64,000 nucleotides of DNA from a virus, in IMG/VR virus record IMGVR_UViG_3300045988_046609, one strand, 5' to 3'. The position numbers and the translations under genes were made by a program. The notes below the pieces were generated by a model. The model was given only the letters and a program-made list of their open reading frames with translations, had not been told where the DNA came from and made no database searches. Shown piece by piece: positions 38,112 to 51,028 of this stretch (positions are counted from its first letter, which is position 1; each line of letters opens with the position of its first letter).

Positions 38112-40163
38112 ATGGTAGATTTCAACAAATAGATAAAAAATAGCGATAAGTTTAGAGAACCAGCCTTGTAGTTTATAGCTACAGGGCATTATTGTTCATA
38201 TCCGATTGGAACAACAGAATATTTCCAATATTGGGATGAGCAAAAACGTAGATGTATCGACGGTTATACTTCTGATGATGGTGATTTCATCAGCGGGTAT
38301 AACTATTTTTATTTAAACTTTTGTCCTATATCAAGAATTGTAAATGAAACAATACTTAATAGCGATGGTAGTTATACTGTAAAACGAAAGAATAAAGTAA
38401 CATTTCCAGACTTTTGGGATTATGATTACTACTTTTTTACTGCATTTAATGATGCAGAAGACCAAGGAAAACACATGTGTGTACTAAAATCACGTAGAAA
38501 AGGTTTTAGTTATAAAGGTGGTGCAATGTTATGTCGTAATTACTATTTAGTACCTAACTCAAAATCATTTGTATATGCTGCTAATAAGCAATACTTAACA
38601 GAAGATGGTATTCTTACTAAGGCATGGGACTATATGGACTTTATAGATAAGAATACTGCATGGGGTAAGAAGAGGTCGGTTAACACATAGATGCGCAAAC
38701 GTGCTGGATTTTTTAGTAAAGACGAATATGGTAATGTAGTAGAATTAGGATATAAATCAGAAATAATTGGAGTTACTTTAAAGGATAATCCTAGTTCGAT
38801 TCGTGGTAAGAAAGCAAACTTAATACTATTTGAAGAAGGTGGTAGTATGAGCGAGCTATCTGCAGCTTGGCAAATTGCAAGACCTTCTGTTGAAGTAGAT
38901 GGTGTAGCATTTGCATCTATGCTTATATGGGGTACTGGTGGTGATGAAGATAGCAAATTCTCAACACTAAAGGACATGTTCTATAATCCAGAAGGCTATA
39001 ACTGTATAGGATTCGATAATATATGGGATGAAACTGCTACTAGTAAATAGTGTGGATTCTTTGTCCCACAATATACTAATATGGATTTAAGAGATAAAAG
39101 TGGTAATCGTTTATATATGGACGAAGATGGAAATACTTTATATAAACCAGCCCTATAGTACATATTAGATGAAAGAAAAAAAGTAATAGAAAATGCTACA
39201 AATTCTACAGCTATTGATAGATATGTTGCAGAACGACCAATAACTCCAGCAGAAGCAATGCTTGAATTTAATGGTAATATATTCCCTAAAAAAGAACTAC
39301 AAGAACAACTAGCTAGAATAAGGACTAATAAAAGTCTAAGTAATCACAAACAGGTTGGTGATTTAGTTTGGGAAAAAGATGGCACTTTAAAATGGGTTAT
39401 TAAAAAACATGGAGACATAACTCATTATCCTTTAAAGAAGGACGATGATCCAACCGGTTCTATTGTTATATGGGAACATCCTGTAAAGGACGCTCCGTAG
39501 GGCTTATACATATTAGGAGTCGATCCATATGACCACGACTAGTCTGGTACTAATTCACTAGGTTCTACTTTTGTATACAAACGTTTCTAGAGTTTCGAAA
39601 ACTATTATGATATTATTGTTGCTGAGTATACTGGCCGCCCATCTACAGCTGAAGAGTATTATGAAAATTTACGCAAGTTAGCCGTATATTATAATGGCAG
39701 AATCATGTACGAGAATGAGCGCAAAGGCTTGTTCCCTTATTTTACTGCTAAGCATTGCGACTATTTGCTGGCTGACCAACCCGATATTATTTCCGATGTA
39801 GTTGGTAATTCCAAAGTACAAAGAAAAAAAGGTTGCCACATGAATAAATAGATCAAACAATGGGGAGAAGGCTTGATTAAGGACTGGTTAAATGAAGAAT
39901 AGGCTCCTGGTAAAAAGAACCTGCACAACATATTGTCAGAGCCGCTATTAGAAGAGCTTATAAGCTATAATGATACAGGAAACTTTGATAGAGTCATGGC
40001 GTTGATGCAGGTGATGATTTATAGAGAGTAGCTCTATAATGTGAAGGTTAAAGAGAAGAAAAAAGAGAATAAAAATAGAGTACTATTTGAAGGCCCTATT
40101 TTTACTCAAGAATGGTATCGTGACGACGATACTATTGATAATATAAAAGCATATATGTTTTAA
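38112..40163 (+). CDS. terL: Terminase large subunit (683 aa with 11 in-frame TAG)
   Basis: Track ORFs 38475-38690, 38691-39050 and 39258-39500 share one frame, open from ATG 38112 to TAA 40161-40163. Motifs YNYFYLNFCPI, LILFEEGG and ILGVDPYDHD are typical of TerL ATPase/nuclease regions. Confidence 0.8.
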
Positions 40164-40165
40164 CT

Positions 40166-42682
40166 ATGAAAAATATCAATCAATTTCCACTATAGAAACT
40201 ACCTATGTCTAAAAAGACAGAAGACTGGAAGAAAAGTTGTGTAGACTATATAATTGGTAAAAGTCAAGGTGGTTCTAGAAATGGTAACAATAGAACTCGT
40301 AAAGAAGAGATGTAGACATACTATGATTTGTATAATAGTATATACAATGAAAAAGATTTAAAGTATGTTACAAACCCATTTAAACAATAGGACGGGTTTC
40401 CAGCTATGGCTTAGGATTATAATATAATCAAACCCAAGATAGACCTGTTACTTGGAGAAGAGACTAAAAGACCATTTAATTTCAAAGTAGTTCGTACTAG
40501 TGAAATAGCTACTAGTGAAATGCAAGATAAAGCTAAACAAATGTTGATAGACTATATTCAGGCTACTATTATGAGTAAATTAGGGCCAGAAGAACAAGCT
40601 AGATATCAACAAGCTTTAGAGTCTGGAGAGATTATGCCTCCAGAATAGATACAAAAGTATATGAGTAAAGACTATAAGGATATTGCCGAAATAACTGCAT
40701 ACCATAGTCTAAATTATTTAAAGAATAAGTTAAATATTACTCATGAGTTCTTCAAAGGTTGGAAAGATGCCTTAATAGGAGGAGAAGAAATCTATTATGT
40801 AGGTATATTAAATGGAGAACCTTGTTTAGAACGAATCAATCCTCTGTATTTTGATTATGATACTGAAACATCAGATCTAGAATTTATTCATGATGCACAG
40901 TGGTGTGTCTATGAAATGAAACTATCTGTTACTGACATATACGATAGATATTATGATAAATTGTCTGAAAAACAATTAAACGAGCTTCTAGATCTCATGA
41001 GTGACTCAGCAAAAGGAGGAGTTAATCCTGAGGTACGTAAAACTTCATTAGATTATCCTCATATTAAAACCCACACCATTAATGGTTTTAGTACTAATCC
41101 TTTTGAGGACGGGAGTAACATAAGCGTATGGCATACATGTTGGCAAGGTTTTAAGAAAATAGGTTTCGTTACTATAACTGATCCAGAAACTGGAGAGCCT
41201 GTAGAATATGTAGTAGATGAGACTTACAATGTTACTGGTATGGAGTTAAATGTAGAATGGAAATGGATTATAGAGACATATGAAGGATATAGAGCTGGAG
41301 AAGATCTATACTTCGGTATGCAACCTATAGAGTACCAATTCGTATCTGCTGATAATCCTAATGCTTAGAGATTACCATATACTGGGGTAATATATAATAA
41401 TACTAATAGTAAACCTAGATCTTTGGTAAGCATGATGAAACCATTACAGTATATGTATATTGTACTATGGTACCGTCTAGAATTAGCGATGGCTAGAGAT
41501 AAAGGCAAAGTAGTGAATATGGATATTACTCAGATACCAAAGTCTATGAATATAGATGTATCCAAATGGATGCATTATTTGTCAGCTCTAGGGGTTAATT
41601 TTATTAATCCGTATGAAGAAGGTTGGGACATACCGGGTAGGGAAGGTGGTAAGCCTGCTCAATTTAATCAGATTACAGCATTAGATCTTACTATGGCTAA
41701 TACTATTAATTAGTACATTATGTTAATGGATAAGATAGAATCTATGTTATCTGAAATATCTGGAGTAAGTAAGCAAAGGGAAGGTAGTATATCCTCTAAT
41801 GAATTGGTAGGCAATGTAGAAAGATCTGTAGTATAGTCTGCTCATATTACTGAACCATGGTTCTGGACTCATGATCAAGTAAAGAGATAGGCTATTAGTA
41901 TGCTTTTAAACACTTCTAAATGGGCTTGGAAAGACAATAAAACAAATCTATAGTATATACTAGATGATGCTACCAGAGCCTTTATAACATTGTCAGACAG
42001 CTTCTTCTATGAAGATTATGACGTATTTGTTGAAGATACTACTAAAAATCAACAACAAATAGATGCACTTAAGAATCTCATGCAACCAGCTATGCAAAAT
42101 GGAGCTAGCTTACTTGATATCACAGAGATCATTACTATGGATAATGTGGCTATGATCAAAAATAAGCTTGAAGAAATTGAACAGAAGAGAATGGAACAAC
42201 AGCAAGCTATGGAACAAGCGCAAGCCGAACGTGAACAATAGATGTTGCAGATGCAGAATGAGGTTAAAGAAGAAGAACTTATGCTTAAAGAAGCTGAAAT
42301 GGATCTCAAGAAATATGAAATTGATTCTAACAATGCAACTAAGATTACTGTAGCCCAATTGAACGCTTATAGAGGTGCAGAGAATATGGACCAGAATGGA
42401 AATGGAATACCAGATACTATGGAAATTGCAGCTCAGGCATTAGCAGAAAGAAAGCAAGCATCTGATGAAGCTTCTAAACAATTTGAATTCAACAATAAGG
42501 TAAGAGAACAACAATTGAAGAAGGAGATAGAGGATAAGAAGATTGAACTTGAAAAACAGAAATTGCAAGCTCAAAAAGATATCCAAAAACAAAAAGATGA
42601 TGCAGCTCTTGAAAGAGAAAGAATTAAAGCTAGAACGGCATTGAAAAATAAAACTAATGCAGAAGCAGCGAGAGGTAAATAA
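40166..42682 (+). CDS. Portal protein (838 aa with 11 in-frame TAG), coiled-coil C-terminus
   Basis: Track ORFs 40661-41368, 41423-41713, 41990-42241 and 42242-42682 share the frame of ATG 40166. Directly downstream of TerL. Size and position are typical of a portal. Confidence 0.7.
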
Positions 42683-42709
42683 TTATGGCAGTAGTAGGAG
42701 AGAAGTAAT

Positions 42710-43018
42710 ATGAAATTAATATATAATAATATTATACCTTTTAAAGGGTTTAAGGCAATGAATTTATTTGGTTTGTGTTTTGTACGCAAAGGTATGAAAA
42801 TGTCTGAAAAAGATATTAATCATGAAAGTATACATACAGCACAGATGAAAGAATTGTTATATATACCTTTCTATCTGATTTACTTTTGTGAATGGCTGGT
42901 AAGATTATTTATGAAGGGTAATGCTTATAGAAATATAAGCTTTGAGAAAGAAGCTTACAATAACGAAAAGGATTTAACATATTTAAATAGGAGGAAACAT
43001 TATGGCATGTGGAGGTAA
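42710..43018 (+). CDS. Small protein with HExxH motif
   Basis: NHESIHTAQ in a 102-aa ORF; no TAG. Confidence 0.5.
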   Translation: MKLIYNNIIPFKGFKAMNLFGLCFVRKGMKMSEKDINHESIHTAQMKELLYIPFYLIYFCEWLVRLFMKGNAYRNISFEKEAYNNEKDLTYLNRRKHYGMWR

Positions 43019-43067
43019 AAGTCAGGCTCTAAAAAGGGCAAAGGTGGAAAGAAATAATTGAAAGATT

Positions 43068-44618
43068 ATGAATCGAGAAGCATTTAAATAGAGAATGCAG
43101 AGCTTAAAGTCTTACCGGGAGCAAAATCCCGGTAAAGGTTATTTGGATTGGAAAGCTTCATTACCAGATAATTTACAAGATGAGAGTAGCTATAATCTGT
43201 AGAGAGCATATGAACTTGGATATGAACCAGAGTATGTTGAAGAAGATAGATCTTATCATTTACCAACTAGAGATCAAGAAACAGGAGAAATACTTAAGAA
43301 ACCTTGGCATCCTACATTCTTAATAGGATTACTAGAAGATGCTAAATTAGGTTATTATCCGTAGATTATAAAGGGTACTACATATACTACTACATGGGAA
43401 GGTAATGAAAATCCTATTTATAAGTATGAGGATGGTGGTGAAGTACCTCCAACCAATAAACCTACTATAATTGAACCTATACCGTATAAAGGTAAGTTAT
43501 ACAAAGATAGATATGGGCGTAAGTATACTGAAGATCAGTTAGCTGATTATTATGATAATAGTAGTGATGAGATTGATAGATTTACCGGTAAACCATTCAT
43601 CAGAGGTTTGAAACCGATAGTAGATCTTGAAGATGCCGCAAATGTAACTCCTATTGGTGATGCCATATCTATATATGATACTTATGAAGCTTTAAGAAAT
43701 AAAGACTGGTCTGGTGCAGGTTTAGCAGCAATGGGTCTAATTCCTTTTATGCCAATGACTGTTAAACAATTTAGAAGTTCATACAAAGGTATAACTCCTA
43801 AGGTAAAGAGACCTATTCCTAAAGTAAACAGAGCGGCAGAACAGTTAGAAAAGGATAGAATAATAGAAGCTGCTCGTAGAGAGTAGTATCTTAAACCTAA
43901 AGCCAGAAACGAAGGATATAAAGTAGTCGAAAGATTGCAAGATGATCCAGATTATTTCAATAGAGCTATGTAGGTTCGTAAACAATTCGGTGATAACTAT
44001 GTGCGGACTTATGCAGATTTAATATCTACATATAATACTGATCCTAGTAAATTACCTCAGGTAGAACTTACTAATAATCTTCCTAATGCTAGAGCTTAGA
44101 CGGGTGCTACTACCAGTGCTGCAAATAGACATATGGCTGGAGGAGAATTCCCTAGAATGGAGGAATTCAATTATAGAATAGATCCGACTAAAACAGATTT
44201 ATCAGGTAATGTAACAGAACATGAATGGAATCATTTAGTAGATTATCTTACAAATAAAACTCCAGGAGCATCTGGAAATAGTAATTTATTCTATAAGATG
44301 AGTGAGGATATCAGTAACGATAAGATAGATAAACATTTTGAATACTATATGAGACCAACTGAATAGAAGGCTTATATGAATCAAATTAGAGAATATCTAT
44401 TTAACAGTGGCAAAATTAACAGAAGAGGCGATAAGGTTGATGCTAAATTGCTTCAATAGACTTTAGATACTTTAAAGGATACTGATACTTATGGATCAGC
44501 AGTGAGAGCTAGTAAATAGTTTAAGAATATTAATAAGTACACTAAGTGGTTTAACTCTATACCATTATTAGGTTTAGGTACTGCTGTAGTATATAAAGGA
44601 ACTGAGTAGAATGAATGA
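43068..44618 (+). CDS. Virion-module hypothetical protein (516 aa, ~10 in-frame TAG)
   Basis: ORFs 43608-43886 and 44133-44366 share the frame of ATG 43068. Open to TGA 44616-44618. Confidence 0.65.
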
Positions 44619-44844
44619 TATAAGAGATATGGTAGGGATAATGCCACAGTATCCGATACCTAATTATAAAGATGGTGGGGTACATATCAAAAAGAAGAAT
44701 AGAGGCAAGTTTAATGCTTTAAAGAAACGTACCGGTAAAAGTACGGAAGAACTTACGCACAGTAAGAACCCACTAACTAGGAAGAGAGCTATCTTTGCTT
44801 AGAACGCTAAGAAATGGAAACACAAAGGAAGAAAGAGAAAATAA
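44611..44844 (+). CDS. Small basic protein (77 aa, 1 TAG)
   Basis: ORF 44611-44802 continues through TAG to TAA 44842-44844. Confidence 0.45.
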
Positions 44845-44862
44845 ATCTAATTATATATAATT

Positions 44863-46041
44863 ATGGAAAAAGAAACATTAAACGGTTTTGAAATATTTGA
44901 AGATTTCATGCCGGGAGCTAATGTATTTACTAAGACAGAAATCAAGCAACCTGGCGAAGATACTGAGGTAGATGATACTAAGGTAGATGAAGATGCTGTA
45001 ACAGAAGAGTTAACTGACGAAGAACTGGAAGGATTACGCAATCCTAAAAAGGATAAGAAAGATGATAATTCGTCTAAAGAGGATGAAGAGCAGGACACGC
45101 CTGTTAAAAAGAAAACCGGAAAGGATAAAGAAGTTGAAGAAGATGATGATTCAACTAGAGAAGACGAAGGAAGTACAAAGACTGAAGAAACTGATGATGA
45201 CACTAATGCAGTAAGTGCATTCTTTGGAGTAATGGCAGAAAAAATGGGCTGGGATCTCGATGAAGAAGAGGAAATTCCTTCTACTCCTGAGGAACTCGTT
45301 GACTATTTTCAATCAGTAATTGAAGAGAATTCAGTACCTCAATATGCTAGTGAAGAAGTAGAGGCACTGGATAATTTTGTTAAGAACGGTGGTAATCTTA
45401 GAGACTATTTCGAAATTGATGGCGAACTTGATCTTGAAGAAATTAGTATTGAAGAAGACGAAACAAATCAAAAACTTGTATTAAAAGAATTCTTGAAGGA
45501 AAAAGGTTTTAATAGCAAACAAATAGAGAAAAAATTGACTAAGTACGAGGATGCAGGTTTACTTGAGGATGAAGCTGAGGATGCCTTGGAAGCCTTGAAA
45601 GAGATAAGAGAACAGAAGAAACAACAGCTATTGAAAGATCAAGAAAACCAAGCTAAGGCGGCTCAGAAGCGTCAACAGGAATACTTTTAGAACGTTGTCA
45701 ACGAAATAAAAGGCATGGATAATATACGCGGTATTAAGATACCTGAAAAAGATAAAAAGGTATTACTAGAGTATATATTTAAACCTGACGCTGACGGTAT
45801 GACCAGATTTCAAAAAGATTGGTCTAAGAGCGTAAAGAACTTACTTGAGTCTGCTTACTTTACTATGAAGGGAGACACATTGTTAAAAGCTGCTAAAAGT
45901 GAAGGTTCTAATAATGCTATTAGTAAATTCAAAAACAGTTTAAGTAAAACAGGAGTAAGTAGGAAGACTAAAAAACAGGAAATCTCTAATGAAGATACTA
46001 CTTTATGGAGTTCCTTTGCACGACAATTACGTGTAGATTAA
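44863..46041 (+). CDS. Highly acidic coiled-coil protein (392 aa, 1 TAG), possible scaffold
   Basis: ORFs 44863-45690 and 45715-46041 are in one frame joined by TAG 45688-45690. Located upstream of the capsid gene. Confidence 0.55.
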
Positions 46042-46063
46042 TAATAACTAATTAAATTAGTTC

Positions 46064-46639
46064 ATGAAAGAGAAAGAAGTCTGGAAAGATATTCCAGGAT
46101 ATCCTGATTACTAGATTAGTAGTCTTGGTAGAGTAAAGTCTCTATAGCATACTGTGTTTCATTCACCTTCTAGAAGATTTCCAAATGGTAGGTAGGTAAC
46201 GTATAAAGAAAAAATTTTAGTTCCAGCTATAGAAGGAGGAGGTTATTGCTTTGTAGTCTTATATAAAGATAAAGTAAAAAGAAGTTATAGAATACACAGA
46301 TTGGTTGCATAGATGTTTTTAAATAATCCAAATAATTATGATTAGGTTAATCATAAAGATGAAGACAAATTAAATAACTGTGTAGATAATCTAGAATGGT
46401 GTGATGCTAAGTATAATGTTAATTATGGCACTGGAAAATATAGGAAAACTTTAAGTAGACGTATTCCAGTATTACAATTTACACTTGACGGAGTATTCAT
46501 AAGAGAACACGATAGTGCTACTGAAGCGGCATACTCTTTAGGATTAAAATAGTTTTATGCTAGAGACATTCTTAGAGCATGTAGTGGACGATATAAAACA
46601 GTAAAAAATTTTATTTGGAAATTTAAAAATAATAACTAA
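46064..46639 (+). CDS. NUMOD4-HNH homing endonuclease (191 aa, 6 in-frame TAG)
   Basis: Reads MKEKEVWKDIPGYPDY-Q-ISSLGRVKS... and VNHKDEDKLNNCVDNLEW when TAG is read as sense. Confidence 0.7.
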
Positions 46640-46644
46640 AATAT

Positions 46645-48114
46645 ATGGATAACAATATATTAAATAATTTGGTTTTGTACAAAGGCAAGTGGTTCAGTGA
46701 TCTGATTGATACTGCTAAAATTTCAGCAGCTTCACAATAGAATCCGTATCAGGTTGCTACCGTATTGTCTTATGTATTTGGTACTAAAGATAATGGTTAC
46801 AACACTTCTTTGGATATGCTCACTGGCGGTCTTGGTAATGTAATGACCATTGATCAGCCTAGTTGGGAGTGGAATGTAATGATTGATGCTGATAGAGCAG
46901 TAACAATTAGAGATGCTAAATGGAATGGTGCAGCTATCACAGATTCTTCTACAGCTGGTTTGGGTAATACTCCAATCATGTTGTGGTTAGAAGATAATTG
47001 GTTCGGACCTACCGCTGTATTGGAATTTGATAACAAGGACTTCCAAGTACGCGTTGCAGGTGCTCCTTACCAAGATGGTAATCTGTGGGTTTATACCTGT
47101 TATATTGCAGACGGCCAGCCTACTTCTTATATTCCTGCTGAATACCTGAAACCTGGTTGCCAAGTGTCACGTCTAGCTTCTGCTGTAGAAGAATATAGTG
47201 AAGAAGGTGATATCCTGAACTATAATACTGCATTTAAGATGCGTAATTATTTAACTACAATTCGTATCAATTATGATATTACTGGTTCAGCTTATTCTAC
47301 AGTAATGGCTATTGCATTGCAGGATCCTAAGACAGGTAAGAAATCTTATCTGTGGGCAGACTACCAAGAATGGGTTGCTATGAGAGAGTGGTATAAGAGA
47401 TGTGAAAGAATGTTGGTTTACATGAAGAACAATGTAAACAAAGATGGTACTTGTAATCTGAAAGGTACTAACGGGCGTCCTGTATTTATGGGTGCTGGTT
47501 TGTTGGAACAGATTGCTCCGTCTAACAAACGTTACTATACTAGACTTACTGCAGAATTGTTAGAAGACTTCTTATTTGATCTGTCATATAATGTACTTGG
47601 TACTAATGAACGTAAGTTTGTTGCATTGACCGGTGAGATGGGTATGAGAGAATTTGATAGAATTCTGAAAGAAAAGATGGTTAACATGAATCTTATTGAC
47701 ACAGTATTTGTTACAGGTTCTGGCGATAATCTTACTTTTGGTGGTCAGTTTAAGACTTACAAAATGACTAATGGTATTGAATTGACTCTGAAGTACTTCC
47801 CGTTGTATGATGATGTTACTTATAGTCGTCAATTACATCCTGTTACGTTGAAACCTCTAGAATCATATCGTATGACATTCTTAGATCTTGGTAGACGTGA
47901 TGGTGAGGCTAACATCGTAAAAGTAGTTCGTAAAGATCGCGAGTTTGTTACTTGGTATACTGGTGGTGCAGTTGCTCCGTCTGGTTATGCAAATTCTAAG
48001 AATACTCTGAGATCTAATGGTAAGGATGGTTATACTGTATTCTTCCTTGGAGAGATGGGTATTATGATTAGAGATCCCCGCGCATGTGGCGAGCTCATAA
48101 TGGAAGCTGAATAA
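46645..48114 (+). CDS. Putative major capsid protein (489 aa, 1 TAG)
   Basis: ATG 46645 is in frame with ORF 46765-48114 through TAG 46738-46740. Size, position in the head module and very low TAG density fit. Family assignment is my inference. Confidence 0.55.
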
Positions 48115-48187
48115 ATTGTTGATAACTAACCACAGCATAAATTAAATTCTTACGTTATAGTAGTATAAACTAAAAAATTATACTACT

Positions 48188-48808
48188 ATGACAAGAATTT
48201 ATAAAATAACAGATAATACTAATAATAAGATTTATATAGGACAGACATTTAGAGATCTTAAAAAAAAGATTTAGTGACCATAAGAGTCATGCTATTAAAT
48301 CTGAAAGACCTAACGATTTAAATTGTTTATTGTATCAAGCTATGCGAGAGCATGGTACTGCTAATTTTAGTATTGATTTATTAGAAGAAGTAGATGGTAC
48401 TAGATATGAAGGAGACAAGAGAGAGGCATTCTGGATAGCTGAATTGGACGCTATGAATCCCGAAAAGGATATAATAAGGATAAAGGTGGTCATACAATAT
48501 CAGAAGCATGCCGTAGAGCTAGAATAAAACAATTAACTGGTTCCAAGTTAGAAGGAAAACAATTAGAAATAGTTAGAGATAATGGGAAGAAAATGTCTAA
48601 GAAAGTATGTCAGTACAATGTTAATACTGGTGAACTAATCGCAGAATATCCAAGTATAATAGGAGCTAGTAGAGATACAGGATGTGATAGAAGAACTATT
48701 CAAAGGCAATTAAATGGAGAAGCAAATATCGGAACTCCACATTCTATAGGAAATCTTAAGTATATCTGGAAATATAAAGAACAACTAACTGAACAATCTA
48801 ATATTTAA
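48188..48808 (+). pseudogene. GIY-YIG homing endonuclease with C-terminal NUMOD1-like HTH, broken by two compensating homopolymer frameshifts
   Basis: Frame 0 gives MTRIYKITDNTNNKIYIGQT. After an A8 run (~48262) the motifs RFSDHKSH...EAFWIAEL are in frame +1. After gaaaagg (~48468) GYNKDKGGH...VCQYNVNTGELIAEYPSIIGASRDTGCDRRTIQRQL returns to frame 0. Confidence 0.7.
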
Positions 48809-48812
48809 TATT

Positions 48813-49565
48813 ATGGAAATAATCGTTAGAATAATTAAATCAAATCCTTGGATAGGGATTACAAAATGGCCTACATGTTATGATCATGTAAGCTCATACT
48901 GGACTAGATCCGGTAATTTATATACAGGTTTAACTGCAGAAGATGCAGCTAGATTAGAAAAAGAATTAGGTTTTGCAGAAGGTCATTTGGCACCTAATAG
49001 TAACTATTGGGATACTTTTGCCATTAAGATCGGCAAAAAAGATGTATTACTTGATACTGATAAACCTGAAGATGAACTAAAATATCTGTTCCTTAAAGGG
49101 CATAAGAGAGTGGCAAATGGGTTGAATAAAATAACACCTGCTACTGATTATGTTATTATTAACAAGAACAGTGAAGCTGAAGAAGCTAATAAGATCAATA
49201 AGATCAAACGTGAAGCATATAGAGAAATGGATAAGATGTCCATTGAAGACATGCGTAAGTGTTTAAGACTTTATGGAATTAGAACTGAAAACATGTCTAA
49301 TGAGCTTATTGAAGCTAAATTGACAGAACAGATTGAAAAAGATCCTAGATCTTACATACTTAAATGGGTAGAAAACCCAAACAAAGAAATAAACTTTGTA
49401 ATTGAAGAAGCTATTGCAAAGAATATCATTAGAAAGAATAGGGCTCAATATTACTTTGGTACAGATCTGATTGGTAATGGTTTGGAAGATGTAATAGCTT
49501 ATTTGAAAGATAAGAAGAATAATGATATTAAGATGGCAATCTTAAATGAAATTAAGTCTAAATAA
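48813..49565 (+). CDS. Hypothetical protein (250 aa, no TAG)
   Basis: Uninterrupted ORF. Confidence 0.6.
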   Translation: MEIIVRIIKSNPWIGITKWPTCYDHVSSYWTRSGNLYTGLTAEDAARLEKELGFAEGHLAPNSNYWDTFAIKIGKKDVLLDTDKPEDELKYLFLKGHKRVANGLNKITPATDYVIINKNSEAEEANKINKIKREAYREMDKMSIEDMRKCLRLYGIRTENMSNELIEAKLTEQIEKDPRSYILKWVENPNKEINFVIEEAIAKNIIRKNRAQYYFGTDLIGNGLEDVIAYLKDKKNNDIKMAILNEIKSK

Positions 49566-50263
49566 TGAATAACCGTACTGCACATATTTAGTTTAAAGTT
49601 ATCCTAGATAAGAATGCTTAGGGAGTTGCCTTTGGGGGAGCTCCTGCATTCCTACCTTAGGAGATAGATTTATTTCTTAACTAGGCTTAGGACGATGTAA
49701 TAAGCAACAAAATAAGCGGCAACAACGTACTAAAGTTAGGTTTTGAAGGATCATTACAGAGAATATCTGAATTAGATAAGCTCATACGTACAGATGAAAA
49801 TATAATAATGCAGAAGAATGTATATAATGAATTTGTATTAGATAATGTACATGCTGATGGAAATAGAGTAACGATATGGGCGGTAACACTAAAGTATGGC
49901 AATAATTTTGCTAACTGCATGATTGTTGATCATAATACTGCACTGTTATTCAAACAGACTTATAATAATATACCTTGGGTAGAAGTACCAGTAGTAGTAT
50001 TGGAAGATAATAAAATGTTACTGTACGTTGATCCAATATTAATGCAGCAGACAGATTATGCTCCCTCTAACAATAAATATGCAGTAAATATTACTTACAT
50101 AAAGAAACCTACTCAATTTGACTATACTAATCTAGACGGTGAATTAGATTTACCTGATGATGTAATGTCAGAAGTAATAAATAGAGCTGTAGTGTTAGCA
50201 TTAGAAAATATTGAATCTCAAAGAACCTCTAGTAAATTACAGTTAAACCAATTATCTGAATAA
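49565..50263 (+). CDS. Structural-module hypothetical protein (232 aa, 5 TAG)
   Basis: ATG 49565 is in frame with ORF 49808-50263. Confidence 0.6.
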
Positions 50264-50265
50264 TT

Positions 50266-50931
50266 ATGACAGAAAGAGAATTTCAAGTAGCATTTGAAAG
50301 GTAGTTGAGTACTATAGTTCCTGGTTACAATCTAAAGGTAAAGTTACCTTCAGATACTATATTCTTCTATATCAATAAAGCTAAAGATGAATACGTAAAA
50401 CAGGTATATAGAGTATTCCAACAGAATCAAGAACTATCTGATAAGTTACGTACATTAGTATAGACAAATACGTATAATTCTTTGGACTTTAAAGTACAAG
50501 ATAACAAATGGATAGTACAATATCCCAATAACTATTTATTCAGTTTAGGAGAAGAAGTTTAGATTAAAATACTTGACAATAAATGTCCTAACTTAGTAAC
50601 TAAAACTAGAGATGTCATTGAAGCCACTATTGAAACGGTAGATCGAATACTGGAAAACAGTCTTTCGGAATATCACTTACATCATAATTAGGCCAGACCA
50701 GTTAGATTGCAAACAGAAAACAATATTGTATTGTATACTGACGGTAATTATGCTATTCACAAATATACCCTCACTTTTCTAAGGTCTGCAAAAAATATAG
50801 GTTAGAATTTAACCAAAGAGTACACAGAATTACCTGAACATACTCATTAGGAAATTGTAGATGCGGCTGTAAATATGTATATAGCACAAGCTGCTTCAAC
50901 ACAAAGATCAGAGAAATCTGATGAACAATAA
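50266..50931 (+). CDS. Structural-module hypothetical protein (221 aa, ~6 TAG)
   Basis: Frame open from ATG 50266 to TAA 50929-50931 when TAG is read through. Confidence 0.55.
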
Positions 50932-51028
50932 TGCGTTCATGAACGTGGAAATCTGAAATAAGGAAAGTAGAACATGAACTAAGTTTACATGAGCGCGCAT
51001 TTATGTTAAACTAAAAATAAATTTTAAA

